Source: an uncultured bacterium (GTDB taxonomy: Bacteria; Patescibacteriota; Minisyncoccia; Moranbacterales; UBA2206). Taken from it: a stretch of 64,000 bases of DNA. The stretch spans positions 11,319-75,318 of the forward strand of contig CAIMIV010000042.1 of the NCBI GenBank assembly GCA_903841185.1, in the 5' to 3' direction. Each line of letters starts with the position of its first letter. The stretch's first letter is position 1. Under the pieces are notes generated by a model. The model did not search any database. It was not told the DNA's origin and was given only the letters and a program-made list of their open reading frames with translations. The position numbers and the translations under genes are program-made. Positions 29,973 through 38,537 of this stretch are shown piece by piece.

Positions 29973-30392
29973 ATGGGAAGGGAACAACCGCCGACATTTG
30001 ATCCGCGTGATGAGAAATATAAAAAAGTGGAGGATTTGCCGGAAGAAGAGCAGGAGAATTTTGTAAAAGTGAATGGTGGATTTATTACGCAAAAGGCCAA
30101 GCGCTTTGAGGACGCGGTTTTGAAGCAGGAGGAATTGCTTAATCCAAAGATCTTTAGGGGAAAAACTGCTGACATAATTCAAAATAGCTTGAAGGAGTCA
30201 CCGGAGGAATATATAAAGCACCATCGGCGACTAAGGCGGTGTAAAGCGTGGGCCGCTGGAGAGGAAGCCGCTGTGGCCGAAAAAAATATTATGCCGAATG
30301 AGGAGACTATTCCGGAAGACGCTAGTACGGCGGATGGACAGTCAGCTTTGACAGAAGAGGAATTGTCTGAAAAAACATGCAAAAGAATATGA
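29973..30392 (+). CDS. hypothetical acidic protein
   Basis: 139-aa ORF with no motif; its 3' end overlaps the next gene. Confidence 0.35.
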   Translation: MGREQPPTFDPRDEKYKKVEDLPEEEQENFVKVNGGFITQKAKRFEDAVLKQEELLNPKIFRGKTADIIQNSLKESPEEYIKHHRRLRRCKAWAAGEEAAVAEKNIMPNEETIPEDASTADGQSALTEEELSEKTCKRI

Positions 30393-30778
30393 AAAAAGAT
30401 AACAGAAAAAATAGCCGGCGCAGCCTGGTTTTTGTATTAGGTGCTATTTTGTGGTTGAGTGTTATTTTTTTATTTTCTGCCGAGCCGAATTTGCGCTCAC
30501 CTTTTTCCTATAACGTAGATTTCGTTTTACGCAAAATAGCGCACATTGTGGAATATCTTATTTTGACGGTGCTGGTATGGAAGGCTTTGTTGCCGCGAGC
30601 CAAAGGCAACTTGTTGCTGGCGGTTTTTTTGATAGTCTTGAGCGCGGCGGTTTTGGATGAATGTCATCAATTGTTTGTCGCAGGGCGGGAAGGCACGCTC
30701 CGCGACGTGTTGTTTGACGCGGGGGGAATTTTCATTGCTTGGTATTTTATTATTAGAAAAAAAAATGAAAAAAGATAG
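30377..30778 (+). CDS. VanZ-like membrane protein
   Basis: Hydrophobic helices and LDECHQLFVAGREGTLRDVLFDAGG typical of the VanZ family. Confidence 0.55.
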   Translation: MQKNMKKDNRKNSRRSLVFVLGAILWLSVIFLFSAEPNLRSPFSYNVDFVLRKIAHIVEYLILTVLVWKALLPRAKGNLLLAVFLIVLSAAVLDECHQLFVAGREGTLRDVLFDAGGIFIAWYFIIRKKNEKR

Positions 30779-31790
30779 CATCATTGAATTGGAGATGGGT
30801 GGCGGGGGAGAAAAATCATCGCAACTGATTGCGCAGATCCGGAAAAATTTCACGGTGAAGTCCAAATGGAAAAATAGCGCCGATGATGGAGCTGTTTTTG
30901 ATCTTGGTATAAATAATGTGGAGACGCCCCGCCAGGGCGTCTCCACAGCGTCGGATAAATTGGTGTTCACCACGGATGCTTTTATTGTGGATCCGATTTT
31001 TTTTGCCGGCGGCGACATTGGCAAGATTGCTATGTGTGGCACCATCAATGATTTATGCGTGATGGGCGCGCAGCCGATTGGCATTGGTTTGAGTGTGGTA
31101 ATTGAAGAAGGCTTTCCCGTAGATGATTTGGAAAAAATTATGCAGTCTATTGGAAAAATTTCCCAGGAAACCGGCGTGCCGATTGTGACGGGCGACACTA
31201 AGGTGACGGAAAAAGGCAAGCTCGACAAAATTGAAATTACTACATCGGGTGTCGGTTTGGCTAAAATAATAATCAATAATGGTGGAGCCAAGGTGGGCGA
31301 CGCCGTGATTGCCTCGGGCAATCTCGGCGAACACGCGGTGGCGCTTTTGGCGAGCCGCTTTAATTATAAAACAAAAATCCAGAGCGATTGTCAGCCCTTG
31401 ATTAAAGAAATTCAGAATGTTTCCCCGTATCTTACCTCGTGCAAAGACCCGACCCGCGGAGGTATGGCGGCGGTGCTTAATGAAATCGCGGAAAAATCTA
31501 AAGTAAAAATTGTTCTGGAGGAAGAGCTGTTGCCGTTTGCCAAGGAAACGGTGGCACTTTCCGGACTCTTGGGCATTGATAAATTTTCCTTTCCTTCTGA
31601 AGGGCGCTTTGTGGCCACGGTGCCGGAAAAACAGGCCAAAAAAGTGATTAAAATGCTGCAAAAATTCAATCCCGAGGCTAAAATTATCGGCCACGTGGAG
31701 CGTGGACGAGGCGTGCACCTGCAAACATCGCTAGGCAGCAGCAAAAAAATCGAAGTACCGCGAGGAAAGCTAATCCCGCGAATTTGTTAG
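30765..31790 (+). CDS. hypE: hydrogenase maturation protein HypE
   Basis: PurM-like fold, N-terminal ELEMGGGGE, and the C-terminal PRIC motif carrying the thiocyanate-carrier cysteine. The start is taken at the ATG at 30765. Confidence 0.8.
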   Translation: MKKDSIIELEMGGGGEKSSQLIAQIRKNFTVKSKWKNSADDGAVFDLGINNVETPRQGVSTASDKLVFTTDAFIVDPIFFAGGDIGKIAMCGTINDLCVMGAQPIGIGLSVVIEEGFPVDDLEKIMQSIGKISQETGVPIVTGDTKVTEKGKLDKIEITTSGVGLAKIIINNGGAKVGDAVIASGNLGEHAVALLASRFNYKTKIQSDCQPLIKEIQNVSPYLTSCKDPTRGGMAAVLNEIAEKSKVKIVLEEELLPFAKETVALSGLLGIDKFSFPSEGRFVATVPEKQAKKVIKMLQKFNPEAKIIGHVERGRGVHLQTSLGSSKKIEVPRGKLIPRIC

Positions 31791-33119
31791 AAAATATATA
31801 ATCTGCCCAAATGAAAGTCCAGCGTCGCCACGCGGAATTTGCACAACCGGTATCCTTGAGGAGGAGCCGGTTTTTTTATTTTCAAAATATTCAGAAATTA
31901 TTTTGTTGTTGGCGATTCCGCCGGCGATAAAGATTTGTGGTGAGCAACTTTTGGATTGCAGTTCAATAATCTCGCTCAAGCCTTCAGCGATGTAGCGCTG
32001 GGCAGTCGCAGCCAGCCTCCTTTTGTCTTTGTTTATATTTTTAATTAGATATTCAAACAAATAAGTTGTATTCAGTATGTAATGTTTTTTTGAAAATTTA
32101 GTCATTGAAAATTCATTGTAAATTGTAAATTGTAAATTGGAAATTGAAGGGCTTTCCATAACTTCAATCTTTGGTTTTATATCCATATAGGGCTTACCGG
32201 AGTTGCTTTCTAAGAGGTCTATCGCTTCGTGTTTGTAGGTTCTCTTATTGTCGCAAAAACCCAGTAGCAGCGAGACGGCATCTAGGATGCGACCCGTGCT
32301 GGAAGTTTCCAGACAATTAAAATTTTGTTGAAGTTGATTATACAGAACTTCAAATTCCTGCGCGGAATAATATTTTTTCGCGAAATTGTAGATAAAGTTT
32401 TTTTGAGATTTGAGATTTGAGATTTGAGATTTGTTTGTCCCTTGTTTTTTGTAGCTTGTGATTTTATCAAGTATCGCGATTAGCATTCTCGCCGGCTCCT
32501 GAATAGCCAACTCTCCTCCCAGCAATATTTGATTTTCCAAATGCCCAACGCGCTCATTGGAAATTTTAAATTTTAAATTTGTAATTTTAAATATCTCTCC
32601 TCCCCAAATTTTCTCATCTAATCCATACCCCGTTCCATCGAGAGCAATTCCGAAAAAGTTTTGAGTTTTGAGTTTTGAGTTTTGAGATTTGTTTGTATCT
32701 TGTGTCTTGTATCTTGTATCTTGCGTGAGCTCTCCCAATTGGGAGAAGATATGGGCCACGTGGTGTTGAACCTGGACATGCTCAGCTTTAAATTTTTTTG
32801 CTAATTCCTTTCCCCATAAAGTGGTGTTCATATCCGGGTGCAGGTCAGTGATGATGACATCCGGCGTAACGGATGTTTTTTTGAGAAACGCTAGGACAGT
32901 CTTTTGAAAGGCCTTGAAATTAGCGTCTTCTTGGAGATCGCCAAAATCAGGGGAGAAAAAAAGTTGACCATTTTTGAAAAAGGAAAAATTGCCAGCCGAT
33001 TCGGCTCCTAGAGAGAGGATTTGTTGAATGGTGGAATGAGGGTATTTAAAAATTTGCATGATTCGGGTAAAAAGATTATATATGTATGTAGTGTATAATA
33101 GAAATAATGAATTTGACAA
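31770..33119 (-). CDS. HypF-like carbamoyltransferase, Kae1/YgjD-like domain only
   Basis: TDLHPDMNTTLW and VQHHVAH match the HypF C-terminal domain. No acylphosphatase, Zn-finger or YrdC domain is present. Heptanucleotide tandem repeats encode low-complexity inserts. Confidence 0.55.
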   Translation of the reverse strand: MSNSLFLLYTTYIYNLFTRIMQIFKYPHSTIQQILSLGAESAGNFSFFKNGQLFFSPDFGDLQEDANFKAFQKTVLAFLKKTSVTPDVIITDLHPDMNTTLWGKELAKKFKAEHVQVQHHVAHIFSQLGELTQDTRYKTQDTNKSQNSKLKTQNFFGIALDGTGYGLDEKIWGGEIFKITNLKFKISNERVGHLENQILLGGELAIQEPARMLIAILDKITSYKKQGTNKSQISNLKSQKNFIYNFAKKYYSAQEFEVLYNQLQQNFNCLETSSTGRILDAVSLLLGFCDNKRTYKHEAIDLLESNSGKPYMDIKPKIEVMESPSISNLQFTIYNEFSMTKFSKKHYILNTTYLFEYLIKNINKDKRRLAATAQRYIAEGLSEIIELQSKSCSPQIFIAGGIANNKIISEYFENKKTGSSSRIPVVQIPRGDAGLSFGQIIYFLTNSRD

Positions 33120-33270
33120 ATCACGTCACTGTGTTATAAATAAGATTAAGAAGAAAAAAACTATGAATTATTCTTATACACAACAAAATAACTGGCGGCA
33201 TATTCAACTCTTGTAGGAAGAGCTTGGTTATGTTTTGTTATGTATAAAAACAATCACACATAAATATCCA

Positions 33271-33296
33271 ACCCCTTCCTGGAAGGGTTTTTTTGT
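33271..33296 (+). terminator. plus-strand intrinsic terminator-like hairpin
   Basis: cccttc ctg gaaggg followed by ttttttt. Confidence 0.4.
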
Positions 33297-33403
33297 ATGC
33301 AAAAAAGGTTTTTCTTGGAAGGCAGTTCTTTTAAAAGGTCTATTTCAATAGATAAATTGTTTGTCAAAAATTTAAGTGTGTCTGAGGCACAAGGAGGTGG
33401 AAA

Positions 33404-34195
33404 ATGGGTAAATATGGCGCATGGCAAGTGGGTGCAGGCATGGCGACATTGGGAGATTTGTCAATACCAATTACCCGGGACAAGCCGGGGGTATATGCTC
33501 GCGGAGAATATGGCGCGTTTTCTTCGGAAAGACGTGTAGCGATTTCAGGAGTGTGTTTGTTTGACGCTCGTTGGAGCGTGGAGTTCTCTACGGGCGGTGT
33601 GCGGTCAATCGCTTTGCCGTTGGATCGCTCGCGGGTACAAGATCGTATCCGGGAGCGGGGTTTTGAAGTCTCGCGGGTGATTTTTCCGTTGACGCTGACG
33701 GATTATCACACCAAGCTGTTGCATTTTGTTGCCAATACGGTGGAAAAATTGCAACCGGAAAAGTTGCTTTTCCATATTCCAATTGATGAATATTACGTGT
33801 ATATCCAGGAACTGGAAACGTTGATTGGGGGTGTGATTCCCGATGCCCAGGAGATTCTGGCGGGTTTTGCCGGGAAAGTGACGGACTGTTTTCGGGCAGA
33901 AATGCAGCGGGTCAAATTCGAGCGCTTTGAATTGATCCGGCCGATGCAGTGTGGCGCGGCGGATACGGAGCAATCCTATGCTATGCCCTACCAACAGCCA
34001 GAAGTTTTTGGCACAAACAAGGAGGCAATTTATGCTATTGAGGACCTGGTCGAAATGAAGATTGCTTTATTGACAGAGCAATGTCAGGGATACACCGTGC
34101 CAGTGAAATTCTGCGTGCTGGATATCCCGCATCCCTACGTAACTTTTTCAAAGAAGAATGTTATGCGGGGTGACATGGCAACGGTTTCTCTCTAG
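33404..34195 (+). CDS. hypothetical protein (higher GC than surroundings)
   Basis: 263 aa. A strong SD aggaggtg lies 7 nt upstream. No recognisable motif. Confidence 0.5.
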   Translation: MGKYGAWQVGAGMATLGDLSIPITRDKPGVYARGEYGAFSSERRVAISGVCLFDARWSVEFSTGGVRSIALPLDRSRVQDRIRERGFEVSRVIFPLTLTDYHTKLLHFVANTVEKLQPEKLLFHIPIDEYYVYIQELETLIGGVIPDAQEILAGFAGKVTDCFRAEMQRVKFERFELIRPMQCGAADTEQSYAMPYQQPEVFGTNKEAIYAIEDLVEMKIALLTEQCQGYTVPVKFCVLDIPHPYVTFSKKNVMRGDMATVSL

Positions 34196-34336
34196 GGAGT
34201 GGTCTTCATGGCGACATGTCTAACCATACCTCATCTGTTATTATTACAGATGAGGTATGGTATATTAAATGAATGCAGGAGTTTTAAAAATTAACAATAG
34301 GCCTATTGTGTAATGAGTTGCGTAACAGGTCTAATA

Positions 34337-35328
34337 TTTGTTTTATGAAAATTACAAAGTACAATGTGGATACATATATCCAGGGGAGTGTCTTTTTTGG
34401 CACCGGGGGTGGCTTGCCGGGTGATTTGCACCAAAAAATATTTCAAGATTTACTGGACAGTACGGATGAAATCAATGCGCATCCATTGGAAGCATTCCCG
34501 GATGAGGCGATATTGGTTTCGGCGTATGGCGTGGGCGACCCGTCAAAAATTCCGGAGAATTTCGTGGACAAGGTGCGAGAGGGATTTGCAAAATATAAAA
34601 AATTGACAGGCATAAAAATTGCCGGAATTGTTCCAGGGGAAATCGGTGCAGAGGGATTGGCTTTTCAAGTGGGGGCGTGTGTGGATCTGCCTATTGTGGA
34701 CGCCGATCTTGTAGGTGGGAGAGCTGCTCCGGAAATACAACTAGATGTTTTTAGTGTTTTCGGATTGCCAATAGTCCCAGTGGTTTTGTATGCCATGAAT
34801 GACAAGAGTATTTTTCTGGAAGGCAATTTTAGCGCGCAGGAAATAGAGCATATTTCACGTAATTTCTTCGCGCAAAATGGAGACAGCGGCTTCTTGATCG
34901 GTTATGGCATGTCAGCAGGAGAATATAAGAAATATGCGATGGCAGGCACTTTGTCGCAGACGATGCGAGCAGGGGAATTATTGCACGCTAAAAATAGCGC
35001 CGGCCTGGTAAGTTTGTTTGACGGGAAGATTATGAGCGAGGGGGTTATAGAGGCAGTAGAATTGAAGAGTCAGGATGGTTTTTTGGTAGGAAAAATTAAG
35101 CTCGCAGGAGGCGTGATGGAGGTCAAGAATGAGAACATTTCTTTTTTGCAAAAAAATGGTTCATTGGTGCAAGCACCGGACATCCTGATATTGCTTGCTG
35201 ATGATGGCACTCCTATACATAATACAAAAATAGCTGCCATGGTTGGACAGCACGTACGATTGATTTATCTGCCGGCGCAGGGATACTGGAATAGTGTCAT
35301 AGGGCGAGAACTATGGGAATTGCGGTAG
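34337..35328 (+). CDS. hypothetical protein, possibly DUF917-like
   Basis: A GTGGGLPGD glycine-rich N-terminus. The family assignment is tentative. Confidence 0.4.
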
Positions 35329-35428
35329 TGAATTATTACGCAGCAGGTCTGGCTTATAGATATTCAAAACATAAAAAATGTGGTAGAATATAAGTATTAA
35401 AAAGAGTGAAGAAAAAATAAAAAATATT

Positions 35429-36199
35429 ATGGAAGAAAATATTAAAAAACCCCGAGTAGCCATTGTCAGTCTGACGTCTTGTGAAGGTTGTCAATTTGCT
35501 CTCCTGGACTTGGGAGAGAAGTTTATCGAATTTGCCACGCAGGTGGAGTTGGTGGATTTTCGTTTGATCGAGGATGAGGAAGATGACGGCCGGGAATTGG
35601 ATTTGGTGTTGGTGGAAGGCAATCCGGTGACGGAAGCTAATTTGAAAACATTGCAGTCGCTGCGCAAAAGAAGCAAGCTTTTAGTGGCCTTAGGAAATTG
35701 TGCGGCCATGGGAGGAGTGCCCGAAATTAAAAATTATCACGAAGGAGTGAACACCATCAAGCACGTCTACAAATATATTCATGGCATTAACAACCCTGAA
35801 ATCAGAGAGATTGATAATTTTGTGAAAGTGGATTTCACTTTTCCGGGATGTCCGATTACGGGAGAAGAATTTTTGCAATATATCCCGTTTCTTTTACGCG
35901 GTGAGATTCCCACAATTCCCGATCAACCGGTGTGTGTGGAATGTCGCGCGGCTGGCAATCGCTGTTTGCTGCTCGATAAGAAGCCTTGTTTTGGTCCGAT
36001 GATCCAAGGAGGGTGTGGCGCGGTTTGTCCCACTTCACGTATGACCTGCCAAGGTTGTCGCGGTTTGCGCCCCACGGGAAATGTCAAGGCGATGCGAGCG
36101 GCGCTTAAGAATATGATTAGTGACCATGAGTTTGAAAATATCGCGGAGATTTTCGGTTTGCGCGATGATATTGAGGCTAGGGAAAAAGAAACGAAATAA
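35429..36199 (+). CDS. NiFe hydrogenase small subunit (group 3-like, delta-type)
   Basis: N-terminal SLTSCEGCQ and GNCAAMGG, plus C-terminal Fe-S cysteine clusters CVECRAAGNRC and CGAVCPTSRMTCQGC. Confidence 0.8.
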   Translation: MEENIKKPRVAIVSLTSCEGCQFALLDLGEKFIEFATQVELVDFRLIEDEEDDGRELDLVLVEGNPVTEANLKTLQSLRKRSKLLVALGNCAAMGGVPEIKNYHEGVNTIKHVYKYIHGINNPEIREIDNFVKVDFTFPGCPITGEEFLQYIPFLLRGEIPTIPDQPVCVECRAAGNRCLLLDKKPCFGPMIQGGCGAVCPTSRMTCQGCRGLRPTGNVKAMRAALKNMISDHEFENIAEIFGLRDDIEAREKETK

Positions 36200-36244
36200 A
36201 TTTAGTTAACTAATTAGGAGGAATAATCACTACTTATCAAAAAT

Positions 36245-37504
36245 ATGCAAATAAAAATCAATCATATTGCAAAGATGGAGGGACATACCGGCTTTATGGC
36301 CAGTGTCATTCATGGGGATGTGCGGAGTGCTAAATTGGAAGTGCAAGAAGGCATCCGCCTGATTGAAGGTGTGTTGATTGGCCGGCACTATGTGGACATG
36401 CCTATTATCGCTCAGCGCATCTGTGGCATCTGTCCGGTAGTGCACAATCTGACTTCCATCAAAGCCTTGGAGAATGCGATGGGGGTGACAGTGACGCCGG
36501 AAACAGAGAAGTTGCGTTCCGTCATGGAGTTGGGACAATTTATTCATTCTCATGCACTGCATCTTTTCTTTTTGTCGTTGGCCGATTTCTTGGATATGGA
36601 TAATGACATCCAGCTGATCAGCACTTATCCGGAAGAAACCAAAATTGCGGTGCGGTTGCGAGAGTTTGGTATGAGCATCGTCAAAGTGATTGGTGGGAGA
36701 GTGATTCATCCGATGAACAACGAGGTGGGCGGATTCAAAAAAGCGCCTGACGCAGAAGCTTTGCGCAAGATTGTGGAGAATAGTGAAGCTATTTTACAAG
36801 ACGCCTTGGCCTTGGGGGAATTTTTCAGAACCATAAAAATTCCGGATTTTCAAAGAAAAACCGAATATATCGCTTTGGGAAAGAAGGGAGAATATGCTAT
36901 TTATGCCGGGGATATTATTTCTTCGGAAGGGTTGCACATCGGTGTGGATAAGTTTGAAAATAATTTCCAGGAATTGCAAAAACAAAAAGAGGTGATTAAG
37001 CGCGTGGAGCATGAGGGCAAGAGTTATATGACCGGGGCCATCGCTCGCATCAATTTGAATCGCGATAAGCTCAATCCTCAAGCGAGTGCCTATTTGGACA
37101 GTTTGGGATTTGTTTTTCCGGATTACAATCCTTTTCATAATATCCTGGCGCAAATGGTGGAAGTGATTCATTGTGTGGAAGAAACCAGTCGCAAATTGAA
37201 AGAAATTTTGCAGAGTGATTTGGAAAAAGTGGTTACACAGCCTTATGAAGTGGCGGAAGGCGTGGGTGTCGCGGCCGTGGAAGCTCCGCGCGGAACACTC
37301 TATTATCACGTGGAAGTGGATGGTAATGGTTATATTAAAAATGCCAACATCATCACTCCCACCGCGCAGGTGCTGGCTAATCTGGAAGATGATATTGCGG
37401 ATTATATCAAGCAAATTATCGATTTGGAAGACGGGACGCGCCAAAAGAAATTACGGGCTTTCATTCGGGCGTATGATCCCTGTATTTCTTGCGCGGTACA
37501 CTAG
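36245..37504 (+). CDS. NiFe hydrogenase large subunit
   Basis: L1 motif RICGICPVVH and L2 motif DPCISCAVH at the extreme C-terminus, with no C-terminal extension. Confidence 0.9.
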   Translation: MQIKINHIAKMEGHTGFMASVIHGDVRSAKLEVQEGIRLIEGVLIGRHYVDMPIIAQRICGICPVVHNLTSIKALENAMGVTVTPETEKLRSVMELGQFIHSHALHLFFLSLADFLDMDNDIQLISTYPEETKIAVRLREFGMSIVKVIGGRVIHPMNNEVGGFKKAPDAEALRKIVENSEAILQDALALGEFFRTIKIPDFQRKTEYIALGKKGEYAIYAGDIISSEGLHIGVDKFENNFQELQKQKEVIKRVEHEGKSYMTGAIARINLNRDKLNPQASAYLDSLGFVFPDYNPFHNILAQMVEVIHCVEETSRKLKEILQSDLEKVVTQPYEVAEGVGVAAVEAPRGTLYYHVEVDGNGYIKNANIITPTAQVLANLEDDIADYIKQIIDLEDGTRQKKLRAFIRAYDPCISCAVH

Positions 37505-37632
37505 ATGCGAATGGGGTGCGAATGTTAAGAAAATAAATGCGAATAGTATATAATTTAATAATTTTTTTAATAAGTTGTTTGTGTTGAAATTAGAATAAAT
37601 TCGTTTTAGCATTAGCAATTATTTGCGAATAT

Positions 37633-38007
37633 ATGACAGAACTAAACCAGGTGTACAAATGTAATATCTGTGGCAATATGACCGAGGTCATCCATGTTGG
37701 CGGCGGGGAGTTGGTGTGTTGCGGAGCGGCGATGGAGCTGCAAGTGGAAAGAAATGATGAGGAGAGATATGAAAAACATAATCCAATAGTTGAGAGAGTG
37801 GAAGGTGGCATAATTGTGACTGTGGGAAGCATGCCTCATCCCATGGAAAGCGAGCATTATATCGAATGGATTGAAGTCATTACGGAACACCGCACTTACC
37901 GAAAAAATTTAGAGCCGGGTGGAGTGCCGGAAGCTGAATTCTTCTTTGAGGCGGAACATTTTGAAGTGCGAGCCTATTGTAATCTGCATGGAATGTGGGT
38001 GGCCTGA
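37633..38007 (+). CDS. dfx: desulfoferrodoxin (2Fe superoxide reductase)
   Basis: An N-terminal desulforedoxin-like domain KCNICGNMTEV...LVCCG is followed by a neelaredoxin domain with His/Cys ligands (HNP, HPMESEH, CNLHGMW). Confidence 0.8.
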   Translation: MTELNQVYKCNICGNMTEVIHVGGGELVCCGAAMELQVERNDEERYEKHNPIVERVEGGIIVTVGSMPHPMESEHYIEWIEVITEHRTYRKNLEPGGVPEAEFFFEAEHFEVRAYCNLHGMWVA

Positions 38008-38053
38008 AGATATTATCCCAGCACTAATTCCGATATAGTTTGTAGGTAATATG

Positions 38054-38173
38054 GGGATGCGTGTGCGAATTCGCCTCCGGCTAGGTTGAAATTTAATAAA
38101 TTAATTCAAGTGCGAATTAGTGCGGGATGCTTATTTTTATAGCTACTCGTTCCTCGCAGATAAAAATAGCATG
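38054..38173 (+). promoter_or_regulatory. partial copy of a structured leader element shared with nusG and rplK
   Basis: gtgcgaattcgcctccggcta ... tgcgaattagtgcgggatgc, then the stem tatttttat/ataaaaata enclosing the ATG at 38171. Confidence 0.4.
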
Positions 38174-38446
38174 CATGATTTTTTTCTGGCCAAACAAATA
38201 TTGGAAAAAATTAGAGAGATAGTCATGGAAAAGAAGTTGGAAAGAATTTCCAAGGTGTCGCTGGAAATTGGCAGTATTGTTTTGGCGCATGACAATCTGC
38301 CGGAACACCTGGAGGATATTAATATTGAAAATCTGGTATTCGGATTGAAAAGTTTTGCGAAAGACACCGCGCTGGCGCAAGTGGAATTTGATGTCCAAAA
38401 AGTGGCGGGAGAAAGTTGGAAAATAACCAGTATTGAGGTAGAATAA
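38171..38446 (+). CDS. HypA-like protein lacking the C-terminal zinc-finger
   Basis: The N-terminus MHDFFLAKQILEKI resembles the HypA MHE(L/M)S start. Length is 91 aa with no CxxC pairs. Confidence 0.35.
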   Translation: MHDFFLAKQILEKIREIVMEKKLERISKVSLEIGSIVLAHDNLPEHLEDINIENLVFGLKSFAKDTALAQVEFDVQKVAGESWKITSIEVE

Positions 38447-38537
38447 AATCATATAACATAAAATATATAATACAAAACATACAACATGAAACAACTTCTG
38501 AAGAAGGACTTGTTACATGCTAGATGTTGCATATCAC

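Noticed and set aside
30657-30764. The longer upstream start of the hypE ORF given in the six-frame track.
   Set aside because: The extension overlaps the VanZ-like gene in another frame and adds non-HypE-like sequence. The internal ATG at 30765 gives the canonical HypE N-terminus.
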